A stretch of DNA of 64,000 nucleotides, taken from positions 6,605 to 70,604 of the forward strand of contig JAICUY010000002.1 of assembly GCA_025935615.1 (NCBI GenBank). The letters run 5' to 3'. The stretch comes from Steroidobacteraceae bacterium. Lineage in GTDB: Bacteria; Chloroflexota; Limnocylindria; QHBO01. Both the position numbers and the translations under genes were made by a program. Each line of letters begins with the position of its first letter. The first letter of the stretch is position 1. This document shows positions 54,887 through 64,000 of the stretch, in pieces. The notes under the pieces are model-generated. The model saw only the letters and a program-made list of their open reading frames with translations, searched no databases and was not told the DNA's origin.

Positions 54887-56155
54887 ATGCTCTTCCTGAG
54901 CCAGATCCTCGGCAAGCCGGTCCAGGACCGGCACGGCGAGCCGTTCGGCAAGGTGCGCGACCTGATCGTGGCGCTCGGCGAGAAATACCCGCCCGTCACC
55001 GGGCTCGTCGTCGGCGTGGCCAGCGGCCGAGACATCTTCCTGCCTTGGTCGGACGTCGAGGCAGTCGACGGCTCAGGGGCGCGGCTGCGCAGCTCGAGCA
55101 TCAACATCGCCGCATTCCGGCAGCGGCCCAACGAGATCCGAGTCTGGCTCGACCTGCAGGACAAGCAGATCGTCGACGTCGAGGGACGCAAGATCGTGCG
55201 GGTCAACGACATCCAGCTCGCGCCCGTTCGCGGCCGGCTGCGGCTGGTGGCCGTCGACGTGGGGCTGGCCGGCATCCTGCGCCGGCTCGGCCTCTCCGGT
55301 CCCGGCGAGCGCCTGGCGCGCGCGCTGGGGATCGAGGTCGCCAACTACATCGAGTGGGAGGACGTCGATCCGGTGGAGTCGAGCGTCAGCTCGCTCAAGC
55401 TGCGCGTCCCGCACCAGGCCCTGTCGACCCTGCACCCGGCGGACGTGGCCCACATCGTCGAGCAGCTCGCCCCTCGTGACCGCACCGGCATCCTCGCCGC
55501 GCTCGATGACGAGCGGGCAGCCGATGTCATGGAGGAGCTCGACGCCGAGGACCAGGTCGACGTGCTGGAAGCGCTGCCGCCCGAGCGCGCCGCCGACATC
55601 CTGGAGGAGATGGGTCCCGACGAGGCAGCCGACCTGATGGCCGATCTCTCCGAGGAGCGCCAGAACGAGCTGCTGAGCCTCATGCAGCCGGAAGAGGCGG
55701 AGGAAGTCCGCGAGCTGCTCGCGTACGGCGAGGAGACGGCCGGCGGGCTGATGACGACCGACTTCATCACCGTCTCGCCCGACGAGACGGCCCAGGACGT
55801 GATCGACCGGCTGCGGGAGCTCGCTCCCCCATCCGACCGCACCTATTACCTCTATGTGACCGATGCCGGCGGCGTGCTCGAGGGGACGGTCACGCTGCGC
55901 GGACTCATCGTGGCGCGGCCGGAGACGGCCGTGCGCGAGTTCATGCGCGGCGATCCGATCTCGGTCGGCGCCGACGTCGACGCCGAGCAGGTCGGCGCGG
56001 CGATCGCCCGCTACAACCTGCTCGCACTGCCGGTGGTCGACGATGCGGGCGTGCTGCTCGGCATCGTGACGGTGGACGACGCCTTCGAGCGAGCGTTGGG
56101 TGAGGGCTGGCGGCGACGCCTGCCGGAGATCTTCGAGCGGGCCGAGGAGCGGTGA
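54887..56155 (+). CDS. PRC-barrel + MgtE intracellular N-domain + CBS pair (no TM domain)
   Basis: QIVDVEGRKIVRVND, LHPADVA, AADILEEM.PDEAAD, TAGGLMT, YNLLALPVVD, GIVTVDD. Confidence 0.9.
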   Translation: MLFLSQILGKPVQDRHGEPFGKVRDLIVALGEKYPPVTGLVVGVASGRDIFLPWSDVEAVDGSGARLRSSSINIAAFRQRPNEIRVWLDLQDKQIVDVEGRKIVRVNDIQLAPVRGRLRLVAVDVGLAGILRRLGLSGPGERLARALGIEVANYIEWEDVDPVESSVSSLKLRVPHQALSTLHPADVAHIVEQLAPRDRTGILAALDDERAADVMEELDAEDQVDVLEALPPERAADILEEMGPDEAADLMADLSEERQNELLSLMQPEEAEEVRELLAYGEETAGGLMTTDFITVSPDETAQDVIDRLRELAPPSDRTYYLYVTDAGGVLEGTVTLRGLIVARPETAVREFMRGDPISVGADVDAEQVGAAIARYNLLALPVVDDAGVLLGIVTVDDAFERALGEGWRRRLPEIFERAEER

Positions 56156-57459
56156 GCCGGCTCGCGATTCCACGCCCCGTCCGGCGCGCTCAGCGCGCGG
56201 TTCGCGAGCGCCTGCCGAACTTCCGGGTGCATCGCTCCGGCGTGCTCGCCTTCCTGGGGGTGCTGGGGCCAGGGCTCATCGCCGGACTGGCGGGCAACGA
56301 TGCGGGCGGCATCCTGACCTACAGCGTCCTCGGCGCCGAGACCGGGCTCAGCCTGTTGTGGATCCTGCCCATCACGACGCTGATGCTCATCGTGGTGCTC
56401 GAGATGGCCGCGCGCATGGGCGCCGTCTCGGGACAGGGGCTGGGCGATCTCATCCGGGACGACTTCGGCATCCGCTGGACCCTGTTCGCCATGGTCGTGC
56501 TGCTGGTCGCCAACGGCTCGAACATTGCCGCCGAGTTCGCCGGCGCCGCGGCCGCGCTCGAGATCTTCGATGTGCCGCGCTGGATCACCGTACCGGTCGT
56601 CGCGGCGGGCATCTGGGCGCTGGTCGTGTTCGGATCGTATCGGCTCGTCGAGCGCGTCTTCCTGAGCGTGGCGGTGGTCTTCCTTGCCTACATCGTCAGC
56701 GCTTTCATGGCAGGCCCCGCCTGGGGAGACGTCGGGCGCGCGTTGGTGTCGCCGTCGCTGAACTTCGAGCCGAACGTGCTGCTGCTGATGGTCGCCACGG
56801 TCGGCACCACCGTGACGCCCTACATGTTCTTCTACCTGCAGTCGTCAGTGGCCGATAAGGGGCTCGGGCCGGAGGAGCTCGGCTATGAGCGGGCCGATGC
56901 AGTCCTCGGCGCTATCTGGACGAACGTCATCGCCCTGTTCATCGTGGTCGTCACTGCCGTGACGCTGTTCGGCGTGGGCGTGGAGCTCACGACGGCTGAC
57001 CAGGCGGCGCGCGCGCTGGCGCCGATCGCCGGCAACTTCGCCGAGGCGCTCTTCGCCTTCGGGCTGTTCGGCGCGTCGGTCCTGGCGGCCACCGTCATGC
57101 CGCTCACGACCAGCTACACGGTCTGCGAGTCGTTCGGATGGGAATCGGGCCTCTCGCGCCGCTTCAGCGAGGCGCCGGTGTTCATGGGCCTCTATACCGC
57201 GCTGATCGTGATCGGCGCGCTGGTCGTGCTGGTGCCCGGTATCCCGCTGACCGGGCTGATCATCGTCAGCCAGAACTTGAACGGCATCCTGCTGCCGATC
57301 ATCCTGGTCTTCATGCTGCGCCTCGTGAACAACTCGCGGATCATGGGCGAGCACGTCAACCCGTGGTGGCTGAACGTCGTCGCATGGGCCCTGACCGGCC
57401 TGGTGATCGCCCTGACCCTGGTCCTCTTCGGCGCCACGCTGCTCGACTGGCTCACCTGA
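56152..57459 (+). CDS. NRAMP family transporter, Mg2+-type (NRMT-like)
   Basis: GPGLIAGLAGNDAGG (not DPGN), GTTVTPY (not MPH). Confidence 0.88.
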   Translation: MSRLAIPRPVRRAQRAVRERLPNFRVHRSGVLAFLGVLGPGLIAGLAGNDAGGILTYSVLGAETGLSLLWILPITTLMLIVVLEMAARMGAVSGQGLGDLIRDDFGIRWTLFAMVVLLVANGSNIAAEFAGAAAALEIFDVPRWITVPVVAAGIWALVVFGSYRLVERVFLSVAVVFLAYIVSAFMAGPAWGDVGRALVSPSLNFEPNVLLLMVATVGTTVTPYMFFYLQSSVADKGLGPEELGYERADAVLGAIWTNVIALFIVVVTAVTLFGVGVELTTADQAARALAPIAGNFAEALFAFGLFGASVLAATVMPLTTSYTVCESFGWESGLSRRFSEAPVFMGLYTALIVIGALVVLVPGIPLTGLIIVSQNLNGILLPIILVFMLRLVNNSRIMGEHVNPWWLNVVAWALTGLVIALTLVLFGATLLDWLT

Positions 57460-57647
57460 GCGGCCGCTCGTTGAGGTCCCGATTCACCCGTAAATGTGAA
57501 CCAGCACGGACGACGGATGACGCGCGGTTTCGCCCAGTTGTGAATGTGGGGCGACCCGGTCTTCGTGGTCGTGAACTTCGGCACGGCTCCTGTCGGCCCG
57601 CGTTGCCATCGCGAGCGAGATCACGAGAGCGGCGGCACGCGAGCTGA

Positions 57648-58622
57648 TCAGGCGCCGATCGGATGCCAGACCGTCTTGGTCTCGACGAACTGGCCGATGA
57701 GATACGGCGATTGGGCAGCGTCGGCCAGCCAGTCGTAGCGCTGCAGGCCACCGGACGGTGGCCGCACCAGGCGCTTCACGTTCTCGACGCCGGCGTCCTC
57801 GACCGCGGCCGCCTCGGATGGGGCAACGCCGAACGCATCGAGCGCGTTCACGTCCATGTGGGCAGCCAGCGCCGGCACGATCTCGCGGCGGAGCCCGGTG
57901 ACCACGTTGACGACGCCACCCGGCACATCGGACGTGGCGAGCACCTCGGTCAACGTCACCACGGGGAGCGGCCGGGTCTCGGATGCGACGACGACCGCCG
58001 TGTTGCCTGACACGATGACCGGCGCCAGGCGGCTCACCAGTCCCAGCAGCGACGACTCCTCGGGCGCGATGACGCCGACCACGCCGGTCGGCTCCGGCAC
58101 GCTGAAGTTGAAGTACGGGCCGTTGACTGGGTTGACCGAACCGATCACCTGGCTGAACTTGTCGGCCCAGCCCGCGTACCAGACCCAGCGGTCGATGGCC
58201 GCGTCAACCTCGCGCGTCGCGCGGCGGCGTGAGACGCCCTGCGCAGCGGCGACCTCGGCCACGAACTGCTCGCGCCGGCCCTCCATCAGCTCGGCGATGC
58301 GGTACAGGATCTGCGATCGGTTGTAGGCCGTCTTGGCCGCCCAGCCGGGCAGCGCCTTGCGCGCGGCGCGCACCGCCTCGCGAATGTCCTTGCGCGTGCC
58401 GCGGCTGGCGTTGGCCAGCAGCCGGCCGCGTGCGTCGAAGACCTCGTACGACCGCCCCGACTCGGTACGCGGGAAGGCGCCGCCGATGTACAGCTTGTAG
58501 GTCTTGCGCACCTCGACCCGCTCGCTGGCCGCACCATTGCGCGAGGTCGCCAGCGGCTGCATCGGTCTGTCGTCCAGCACCGATGCGCGCGTGCGGCGCG
58601 TGGTTGCGGTGCGCGGGCTCAT
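57648..58622 (-). CDS. Truncated aldehyde dehydrogenase-like protein (NAD-binding-like domain only)
   Basis: KTYKLYIGGAFPRTESGR, WYAGWADK, ETKTVWHP; lacks ELGG and catalytic Cys. Confidence 0.85.
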   Translation of the reverse strand: MSPRTATTRRTRASVLDDRPMQPLATSRNGAASERVEVRKTYKLYIGGAFPRTESGRSYEVFDARGRLLANASRGTRKDIREAVRAARKALPGWAAKTAYNRSQILYRIAELMEGRREQFVAEVAAAQGVSRRRATREVDAAIDRWVWYAGWADKFSQVIGSVNPVNGPYFNFSVPEPTGVVGVIAPEESSLLGLVSRLAPVIVSGNTAVVVASETRPLPVVTLTEVLATSDVPGGVVNVVTGLRREIVPALAAHMDVNALDAFGVAPSEAAAVEDAGVENVKRLVRPPSGGLQRYDWLADAAQSPYLIGQFVETKTVWHPIGA

Positions 58623-60127
58623 GCGTCGAGCCGCACGTAGGCGGCGAGCCCGTGAAGGCCGCCCTCGCGGCCGTAGCCCGACTCCTTGTAGCCGCCGAAG
58701 GGGGAGGTCGGATCAAATCGGTTGAAGGTGTTCGCCCACACCACGCCGGCGCGCATGGCGGCCACCATCTTGAAGATACGGCTGCCCTTCTCGGTCCATA
58801 CCCCGGCCGACAGCCCGTAGGGCGTGTTGTTCGCCTTCTCGATCGCCTCCTCGGGCGTGCGGAAGGTGAGCACCGACAGCACCGGGCCGAAGATCTCCTC
58901 CTGGGCGATGCGATGCGACTGCGAGACGCCGGTGAACAGCGTTGGGCGGAAGAAGAAGCCGCGATCGGGTAGCTGACAGTCGGGCTGGAAGATCTCGGCA
59001 CCCTCCTCAATCCCCGACTCGACCAGCTCCTGGACCTTGGCCAGCTGGCCGGCCGAGTTGATGGCGCCGACATCGGTGTTCTTGTCGAGCGGATCGCCGA
59101 CCCGAAGCGTCGAGAGGCGTGCCTTGAGCTTGTCGAGCAGCGGCTCGTAGACGCTCTCCTGCACAAAGAGGCGCGAGCCTGCGCAGCACACCTCGCCCTG
59201 GTTGAAGTAGATGCCGTTGATGATGCCCTCGATGGCCTGGTCGATCGGCGCGTCGTCGAAGACGATGTTGGCGGCCTTGCCCCCGAGCTCGAGGGTCAGC
59301 TTCTTGTCCGACCCCGCCACCGCCCGCGCGATCATCTTGCCGACCGCGGTCGAGCCGGTGAAGGCGACCTTGTTGACCTCGGGATGCCGCACGAGCTCCA
59401 TCCCGATCTCGCCAGGCCCGGTGATGATGTTGACCACACCCGGCGGAAGCTCCGCCTGGCGGACGACGTCAGCGAACAGGTACGCGGTCAACGGGGTGGT
59501 GCTGGCCGGCTTGAGGACCACCGTGTTGCCGCAGGCCAGTGCCGGGGCGATCTTCCAGGCCAGCATCATCAGCGGGAAATTCCACGGGATGATCTGCGCC
59601 GCGACACCGAGCGAGCGCGGCTGCCGGTTCGGGAAGGCATAGTCGAGCTTGTCGGCCCAGCCGGCGTAGTAGAAGAAGTGAGCTGCGGCAAGTGGGACGT
59701 CGACGTCGCGGCTCTCCTTGATCGGCTTGCCGGAGTTCAGCGTCTCAACCACCGCGAATTCGCGGCTGCGCTCCTGGATGATTCGCGCAATCCGATACAG
59801 GTACTTGGCCCGCTCGCTGCCCGGCAGCTTCGACCAGGTGTTGTGATACGCGCCCCGCGCCACCGTCACCGCGCGATCGACGTCCTTGGCCGATGCGCGC
59901 GCCACGCGCGCGAGCACCTCCTCGGTGGCCGGGTTGATGACCTCGAAGGTGCGCTTCGGCTTCGATGGGGCGAACTCGTTGCCAATGAACAGGCCGTACT
60001 CCGGCTTGATCTGGACGTGGTCGGTCGACTCGGGAGCCGACGCGTACTCCCACGGAACGTGGGCGCCGGCGGCGAGGCCCCACGACGCCGGCGCAGGGCG
60101 GGTCTCAGGCTTCTTGGTCATCGTCAT
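58619..60127 (-). CDS. Aldehyde dehydrogenase
   Basis: PWNFP, FTGST, LELGGK, NQGEVCCAG, EEIFGP, FGGYKESG. Confidence 0.95.
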   Translation of the reverse strand: MTMTKKPETRPAPASWGLAAGAHVPWEYASAPESTDHVQIKPEYGLFIGNEFAPSKPKRTFEVINPATEEVLARVARASAKDVDRAVTVARGAYHNTWSKLPGSERAKYLYRIARIIQERSREFAVVETLNSGKPIKESRDVDVPLAAAHFFYYAGWADKLDYAFPNRQPRSLGVAAQIIPWNFPLMMLAWKIAPALACGNTVVLKPASTTPLTAYLFADVVRQAELPPGVVNIITGPGEIGMELVRHPEVNKVAFTGSTAVGKMIARAVAGSDKKLTLELGGKAANIVFDDAPIDQAIEGIINGIYFNQGEVCCAGSRLFVQESVYEPLLDKLKARLSTLRVGDPLDKNTDVGAINSAGQLAKVQELVESGIEEGAEIFQPDCQLPDRGFFFRPTLFTGVSQSHRIAQEEIFGPVLSVLTFRTPEEAIEKANNTPYGLSAGVWTEKGSRIFKMVAAMRAGVVWANTFNRFDPTSPFGGYKESGYGREGGLHGLAAYVRLDA

Positions 60128-60630
60128 GTGATGCCGATTATGGCATTCATGATCTCGCTCACCACTTCGGGCGCGGGTCGATTGGCCTCGACCACGATTC
60201 CCGGCTCGTCCGGTCCGAGTGGCTCGAGCGTCTGCAGCTGGCTGTCGAGCAGGCTGACCGGCATGTAGTGACCGCTGCGGTACCGCATGCGTTCGGCGAG
60301 CACGGCGCGTGGGGCGACGAGATGGACGAACCAGACGGACGGGTGGCCGCGCCGCAGCAGCTGGCGGTAGGCGCGCCGCAGTGCCGAGCAGGTGACGAGG
60401 GCGCTCTCGCCGGCCTGCTCGCGGTCACCGATCCAGGCCGCGATCGATTCGAGCCATGGCCAGCGGTCGGCATCGTCGAGCGCATGTCCGGCAGCCATCT
60501 TTTCGACGTTCGCAGTGGGATGGAACTCGTCGCCCTCCGCGGTTGGCCATCCCAGGCGGTCGACGAGCGCCTGCATGACGGTTGTCTTGCCGGTGCCGGT
60601 GACCCCCATGATGACGACGGTCGTCGTCAT
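60124..60630 (-). CDS. gntK: Gluconokinase (GntK/IdnK family)
   Basis: MGVTGTGKTT, EGDEFHP.ANVEKM, DRWPWL, CSALRRAYR, LLDSQLQTLE. Confidence 0.92.
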   Translation of the reverse strand: MTTTVVIMGVTGTGKTTVMQALVDRLGWPTAEGDEFHPTANVEKMAAGHALDDADRWPWLESIAAWIGDREQAGESALVTCSALRRAYRQLLRRGHPSVWFVHLVAPRAVLAERMRYRSGHYMPVSLLDSQLQTLEPLGPDEPGIVVEANRPAPEVVSEIMNAIIGIT

Positions 60631-63600
60631 GCGTCGGCGGCGTCGAGCTCGAGCTGTCGCAGGAACCGATTTCGGTGAAAGTCCGCCCAGCGCCGAAGGC
60701 CGCGGGCCTCCGCCGCTGCGGCGATGCGTTCGGCGATGGCTCTGGCCGTCGCGAAATCACCACGCACCGCGTGCACCTCGGCGTCGACGCGGTCAATCTC
60801 CTCAGTGACCGGCTGCATCACGAGACCCACCATCCGGGCCCGAGCCCGGTCGAGGAGCAGGCTCGCCGCAGCTGCCTCACCGATATGGGCTCGGGCAAGT
60901 GCCTCGGCGATGTCCAGCGTCACCTGATCGGCGATGTCGTCCTCGCGGCCCATCGAACGTGCCCGGGCAACGATCGAAAGTGCTCGCCGTGCGTCACCAA
61001 TGCGGCTGAGGGCGAGCGCCCAGTAGGCCATCTCATTGACCAGGACCCGGCTTTCGCCCATCCGCTCCGAGGCCTCAGCCTTCTCGCGGTTGAGGCGCTC
61101 GGTTTCGGCGAGATCACCTTCGATGTATGCCATCAGCGCCAGGAAGTGGAGCGCGCCCCGTGCCGCGCCGTGGGAGCCGGTCTGCAGGAGCAGATCCGCC
61201 TGGTGCATCAGCCCTTCTCGGACCTGATCAGCGCTCGCGCTCCCGGCCAGGTATTCGAGCGGAAGCCCCAGGGCGTTCAACGAAGCCAGCATCAGCGGCC
61301 CGGCGTTCGTTTCGAGATCTCGTCGCAGGTCAGCCACCAGGCGGCGCTGGTCGTCGACCGCCGTGCCGGCGAACGACGCCGTGATCACTGTCATCATGGC
61401 CAGGTGCATCTGCTGAAACGGACGATGTCCGCCGCGTAGCAGCTCGAACGCGCGGCGATAGGCGGCATGGGCGCGATCGGCGCGACACTCGAGCCATTCC
61501 GCTGTCGCAATCGCCCTGTCGCAGCGCACGATGCTCATGACGTCACCGCGCTCGACCAACGCCGGTCGCATCGCTTCGAGCTCGTTGACGAGCTCATCGG
61601 CTGATCGTCCCTGGCCCAGTGGATCGATGCCCACCTCGATCGCCAGCGCGGTTGTTCGATCTGTCTCGCTGCCGGCGCGCAGCTCGCCCATCAATGGCGG
61701 GATCTCGGGCAGCAGGCCGGCCGCGTCGAGGGCGATCGCCAAGTCGGGGACGAGCGAGCGGCGCACATCGCCTTCGGGGAGCAGGTCGTGCGCGCGACGG
61801 AGCAGGCTCACCGCCGAGTGCGTGTCACCGCGCGCGACGGCTGCGCGCCCGGCGCGACTGAGCCGCTCTGCCGCCTGATTCGAGAGCCGCTCGAGCAACG
61901 CCGAATCGGCGCCGAGGTCGGCCTGGTAGCGCGCCGCGCGCTCGTAGTGGTAGCCGACGATCTCGTCCTGCTCGAAGAGGTCACCGTGCCCGTCCAGCCA
62001 CTGCGCAAAACGCTCATGCAGCTCCGCGCGGACGGCTTTGGGCAGTGACTCGTAGGCCGTGTCGCGGATCAGCAGGTGGCGGAAGCGGAATGCGTCATCG
62101 CCCGGGATCTGCGAGCGATCGGGACGAACCAGCTCCTTGCGGACCAGGGCCAGCAGGTCGGCCGGGATCTGCTCGCGTGATGGTGCGGCCACGAGGGCGG
62201 TCACCGAGCCGCGGTGGAAGATCTTACCCTCGACCGCGCCACGCTCGATCACACTGCGCTCGTGATCGTTGAGCGCGTCGAGCCGAGCCTGCAGCACGGC
62301 GTGGATGGTCGGCGGGACGCGCAGCTCGCCGGACGTCTCGCGCGCCAGAGCCGCCATCTCTTCGAGGAACAGTGGGTTGCCATCGGCCATCTCGATGATG
62401 CGCGTGCGGGTCGCATCGGTCAGGTCGAGGCCCTCGAGCAGCGAATCCGCCAAGCCGGCCGCATCAGTCTCAGCCAGCGGCTCGAGCAGGATGGCAGTCG
62501 CGTTTGGCTTGCCGCCGCCCCATCCCGGGCGCACGTCGACGAGCTCGGGACGACCGATGCAGAGGACGAAGATGGGCGCGTCGCGCACCCAGTCGACGAT
62601 GTGCTCGATGAGGTCGAACAGCGGTGCCTCGGCCCACTGCAGGTCGTCGAAGACGAGCACCAGCGGCCGCTCCTCGGCGATGCCTTCGAGCAGGGCCCGC
62701 GTGGCGAGCTGGGTGTCGGCGGGTGAGGTGCGGATCGCGGCCTCTGGATCGATTCCAAGCTGGACCAGCATCTCGACCAGCGGCCAGTAGGTGATCCCTT
62801 CCCCGTACGACAGGGCGCGGCCGCGCGCCACGGTCACGTCCTCCAGCCCGTCGAGGAAGTCCGCCACGAGACGCGACTTGCCCACGCCGGCCGGCCCGAT
62901 CAGGGTGAACAGGCGGCTGCTGCGTCCGGCCACGCCGTCGTCGAAATCGCCGCGCAGGCGCGCCCGTTCTCGCTCGCGTCCCACCATCGGACGGTCCAGC
63001 TGGCGACTGATCCCGGGCGCGGCCGCCTCGAGCCGGGTGAGCCGATGCGCCATGACCGCATCAGGCTTTCCCTTCAACTGCAGCTCGACCGGATCCGTCT
63101 CGACCGCATCGCGGACGAGGCGAGCCGTCTCGGCACCGAGCAGGATCTCGCCTGCGCCGGCCGCCTGCTCCAGCCGAGCCGCCACGTTGACCGCATCGCC
63201 GGTGATGAGGGTGTCGCCCTCGCCGGCGACGACCTCCCCGGTGTTGATGCCGATCCGGGCATCGAGCTCGAGCTGGTGGACGGTGTCGCGCAGCTCGACC
63301 GCGGCGCGCACCGCGCGCAGCGCATCGTCCTCGGTCGCGACCGGGATGCCGAAGACGGCCATGACCGCATCCCCGACGAACTTCTCGACGGTGCCGCCAT
63401 GCCGCTCGAGCACGGCGCGAGCCGTCTCGTAGTACCGGCGCATCGTGCCGCGCAGCGTCTCGGGATCCGTCCGGTCACCCAGAGCGGTCGAGCCGGTCAG
63501 GTCGCAGAACAGGACGGTGACCACCTTGCGCACCTCGCGCGGGGCCGCGGCGGGCGTCAGCGGCGATCCGCAGCTCGGGCAGAAGGCGAACTCGGAGGGG

Positions 63601-63632
63601 CTCTCGTGACCGCAGCTCGGGCAGGTGATCAC
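60627..63632 (-). CDS. Zinc-ribbon + class III adenylate/guanylate cyclase + AAA (STAND) + helical repeat protein
   Basis: CPSC..CPSC, LFCDLTGST, KFVGDA, GINTGEV, GDAVNVAARLE, GPAGVGKS, DDLQWA, GNPLF. Confidence 0.92.
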   Translation of the reverse strand: MITCPSCGHESPSEFAFCPSCGSPLTPAAAPREVRKVVTVLFCDLTGSTALGDRTDPETLRGTMRRYYETARAVLERHGGTVEKFVGDAVMAVFGIPVATEDDALRAVRAAVELRDTVHQLELDARIGINTGEVVAGEGDTLITGDAVNVAARLEQAAGAGEILLGAETARLVRDAVETDPVELQLKGKPDAVMAHRLTRLEAAAPGISRQLDRPMVGRERERARLRGDFDDGVAGRSSRLFTLIGPAGVGKSRLVADFLDGLEDVTVARGRALSYGEGITYWPLVEMLVQLGIDPEAAIRTSPADTQLATRALLEGIAEERPLVLVFDDLQWAEAPLFDLIEHIVDWVRDAPIFVLCIGRPELVDVRPGWGGGKPNATAILLEPLAETDAAGLADSLLEGLDLTDATRTRIIEMADGNPLFLEEMAALARETSGELRVPPTIHAVLQARLDALNDHERSVIERGAVEGKIFHRGSVTALVAAPSREQIPADLLALVRKELVRPDRSQIPGDDAFRFRHLLIRDTAYESLPKAVRAELHERFAQWLDGHGDLFEQDEIVGYHYERAARYQADLGADSALLERLSNQAAERLSRAGRAAVARGDTHSAVSLLRRAHDLLPEGDVRRSLVPDLAIALDAAGLLPEIPPLMGELRAGSETDRTTALAIEVGIDPLGQGRSADELVNELEAMRPALVERGDVMSIVRCDRAIATAEWLECRADRAHAAYRRAFELLRGGHRPFQQMHLAMMTVITASFAGTAVDDQRRLVADLRRDLETNAGPLMLASLNALGLPLEYLAGSASADQVREGLMHQADLLLQTGSHGAARGALHFLALMAYIEGDLAETERLNREKAEASERMGESRVLVNEMAYWALALSRIGDARRALSIVARARSMGREDDIADQVTLDIAEALARAHIGEAAAASLLLDRARARMVGLVMQPVTEEIDRVDAEVHAVRGDFATARAIAERIAAAAEARGLRRWADFHRNRFLRQLELDAADA

Positions 63633-63641
63633 GCGCGGAGT

Positions 63642-64000
63642 CTAGTCGGCTCGTACACCCTCGAGGCGGAGCAGGAAGCGCTTGCGGTCGAGGCCGCCGG
63701 TGTAGCCGCCCAGCCCGCCGCCGGAATGCAGGACACGATGGCAGGGCACCACGATGGGAATGGGGTTGGAGCCGAGCGCATTGCCCGCGGCACGATAGGC
63801 ACGAGGCGATCCCGCCTCCGAGGCGACTTCCTGATACGTCGACACCGAGCCGAATGGGATCCGTGCGGTGGCCTGCAGCACGTTGCCGGCGAACCCGTGG
63901 ACCAGCGACCAGTCGAGCGGCAGGTCGAACGACTGCCGCCGACCGGCGAAATACTCGTCGAGCTCGCGACGGACGTGGTCGGTGCGTTCCGGGGCTGCCA
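63642..64000 (-). CDS. ogt: Methylated-DNA--protein-cysteine methyltransferase, 5' end outside window
   Basis: RAAGNALGSNPIPIVVPCHRV, GGYTGGLDRK. Confidence 0.93.
   Translation of the reverse strand, partial: AAPERTDHVRRELDEYFAGRRQSFDLPLDWSLVHGFAGNVLQATARIPFGSVSTYQEVASEAGSPRAYRAAGNALGSNPIPIVVPCHRVLHSGGGLGGYTGGLDRKRFLLRLEGVRAD

Overview
High-GC bacterial chromosomal window with about 55 tightly packed genes. Gene content and style suggest Chloroflexota, possibly Limnocylindria-like, but this is inference only. I found no rRNA, tRNA, CRISPR array, transposase or prophage. Content: stress and glycogen genes (SRPBCC, Fet4-like permease, GT4 with debranching enzyme, CsbD, type IB topoisomerase, glgC); sugar and nucleoside ABC importers; two adenosine deaminases; cell-wall genes (class A PBP, M23, LCP, PASTA kinase); pepA, pncB, mrp, polX, ogt; an MgtE-cytosolic/NRAMP-like pair; an ALDH pair; and a class III cyclase-STAND protein. 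The most notable signals are these. (1) Six sigma54-type -24/-12 motifs (TGGC-N8-TGC) sit in front of the general-stress genes, two of them apparently leaderless, which suggests an RpoN-driven stress regulon. (2) A two-gene operon encodes a TPR/HIRAN-like/acidic-tail protein and a Zn-ribbon DNA methyltransferase fusion with a degenerate catalytic motif and an apparently intact nuclease-like C-terminus, next to polX. (3) A CGNR zinc-finger regulator has two tandem 31-bp operators over a near-consensus promoter that drives two microproteins. (4) A structured leader with mutually exclusive RBS-sequestering folds precedes the Mg2+-type NRAMP operon. (5) Leaderless genes are pervasive, and several genes look like pseudo-enzymes. 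All calls come from reading motifs by eye; no database searches were run.
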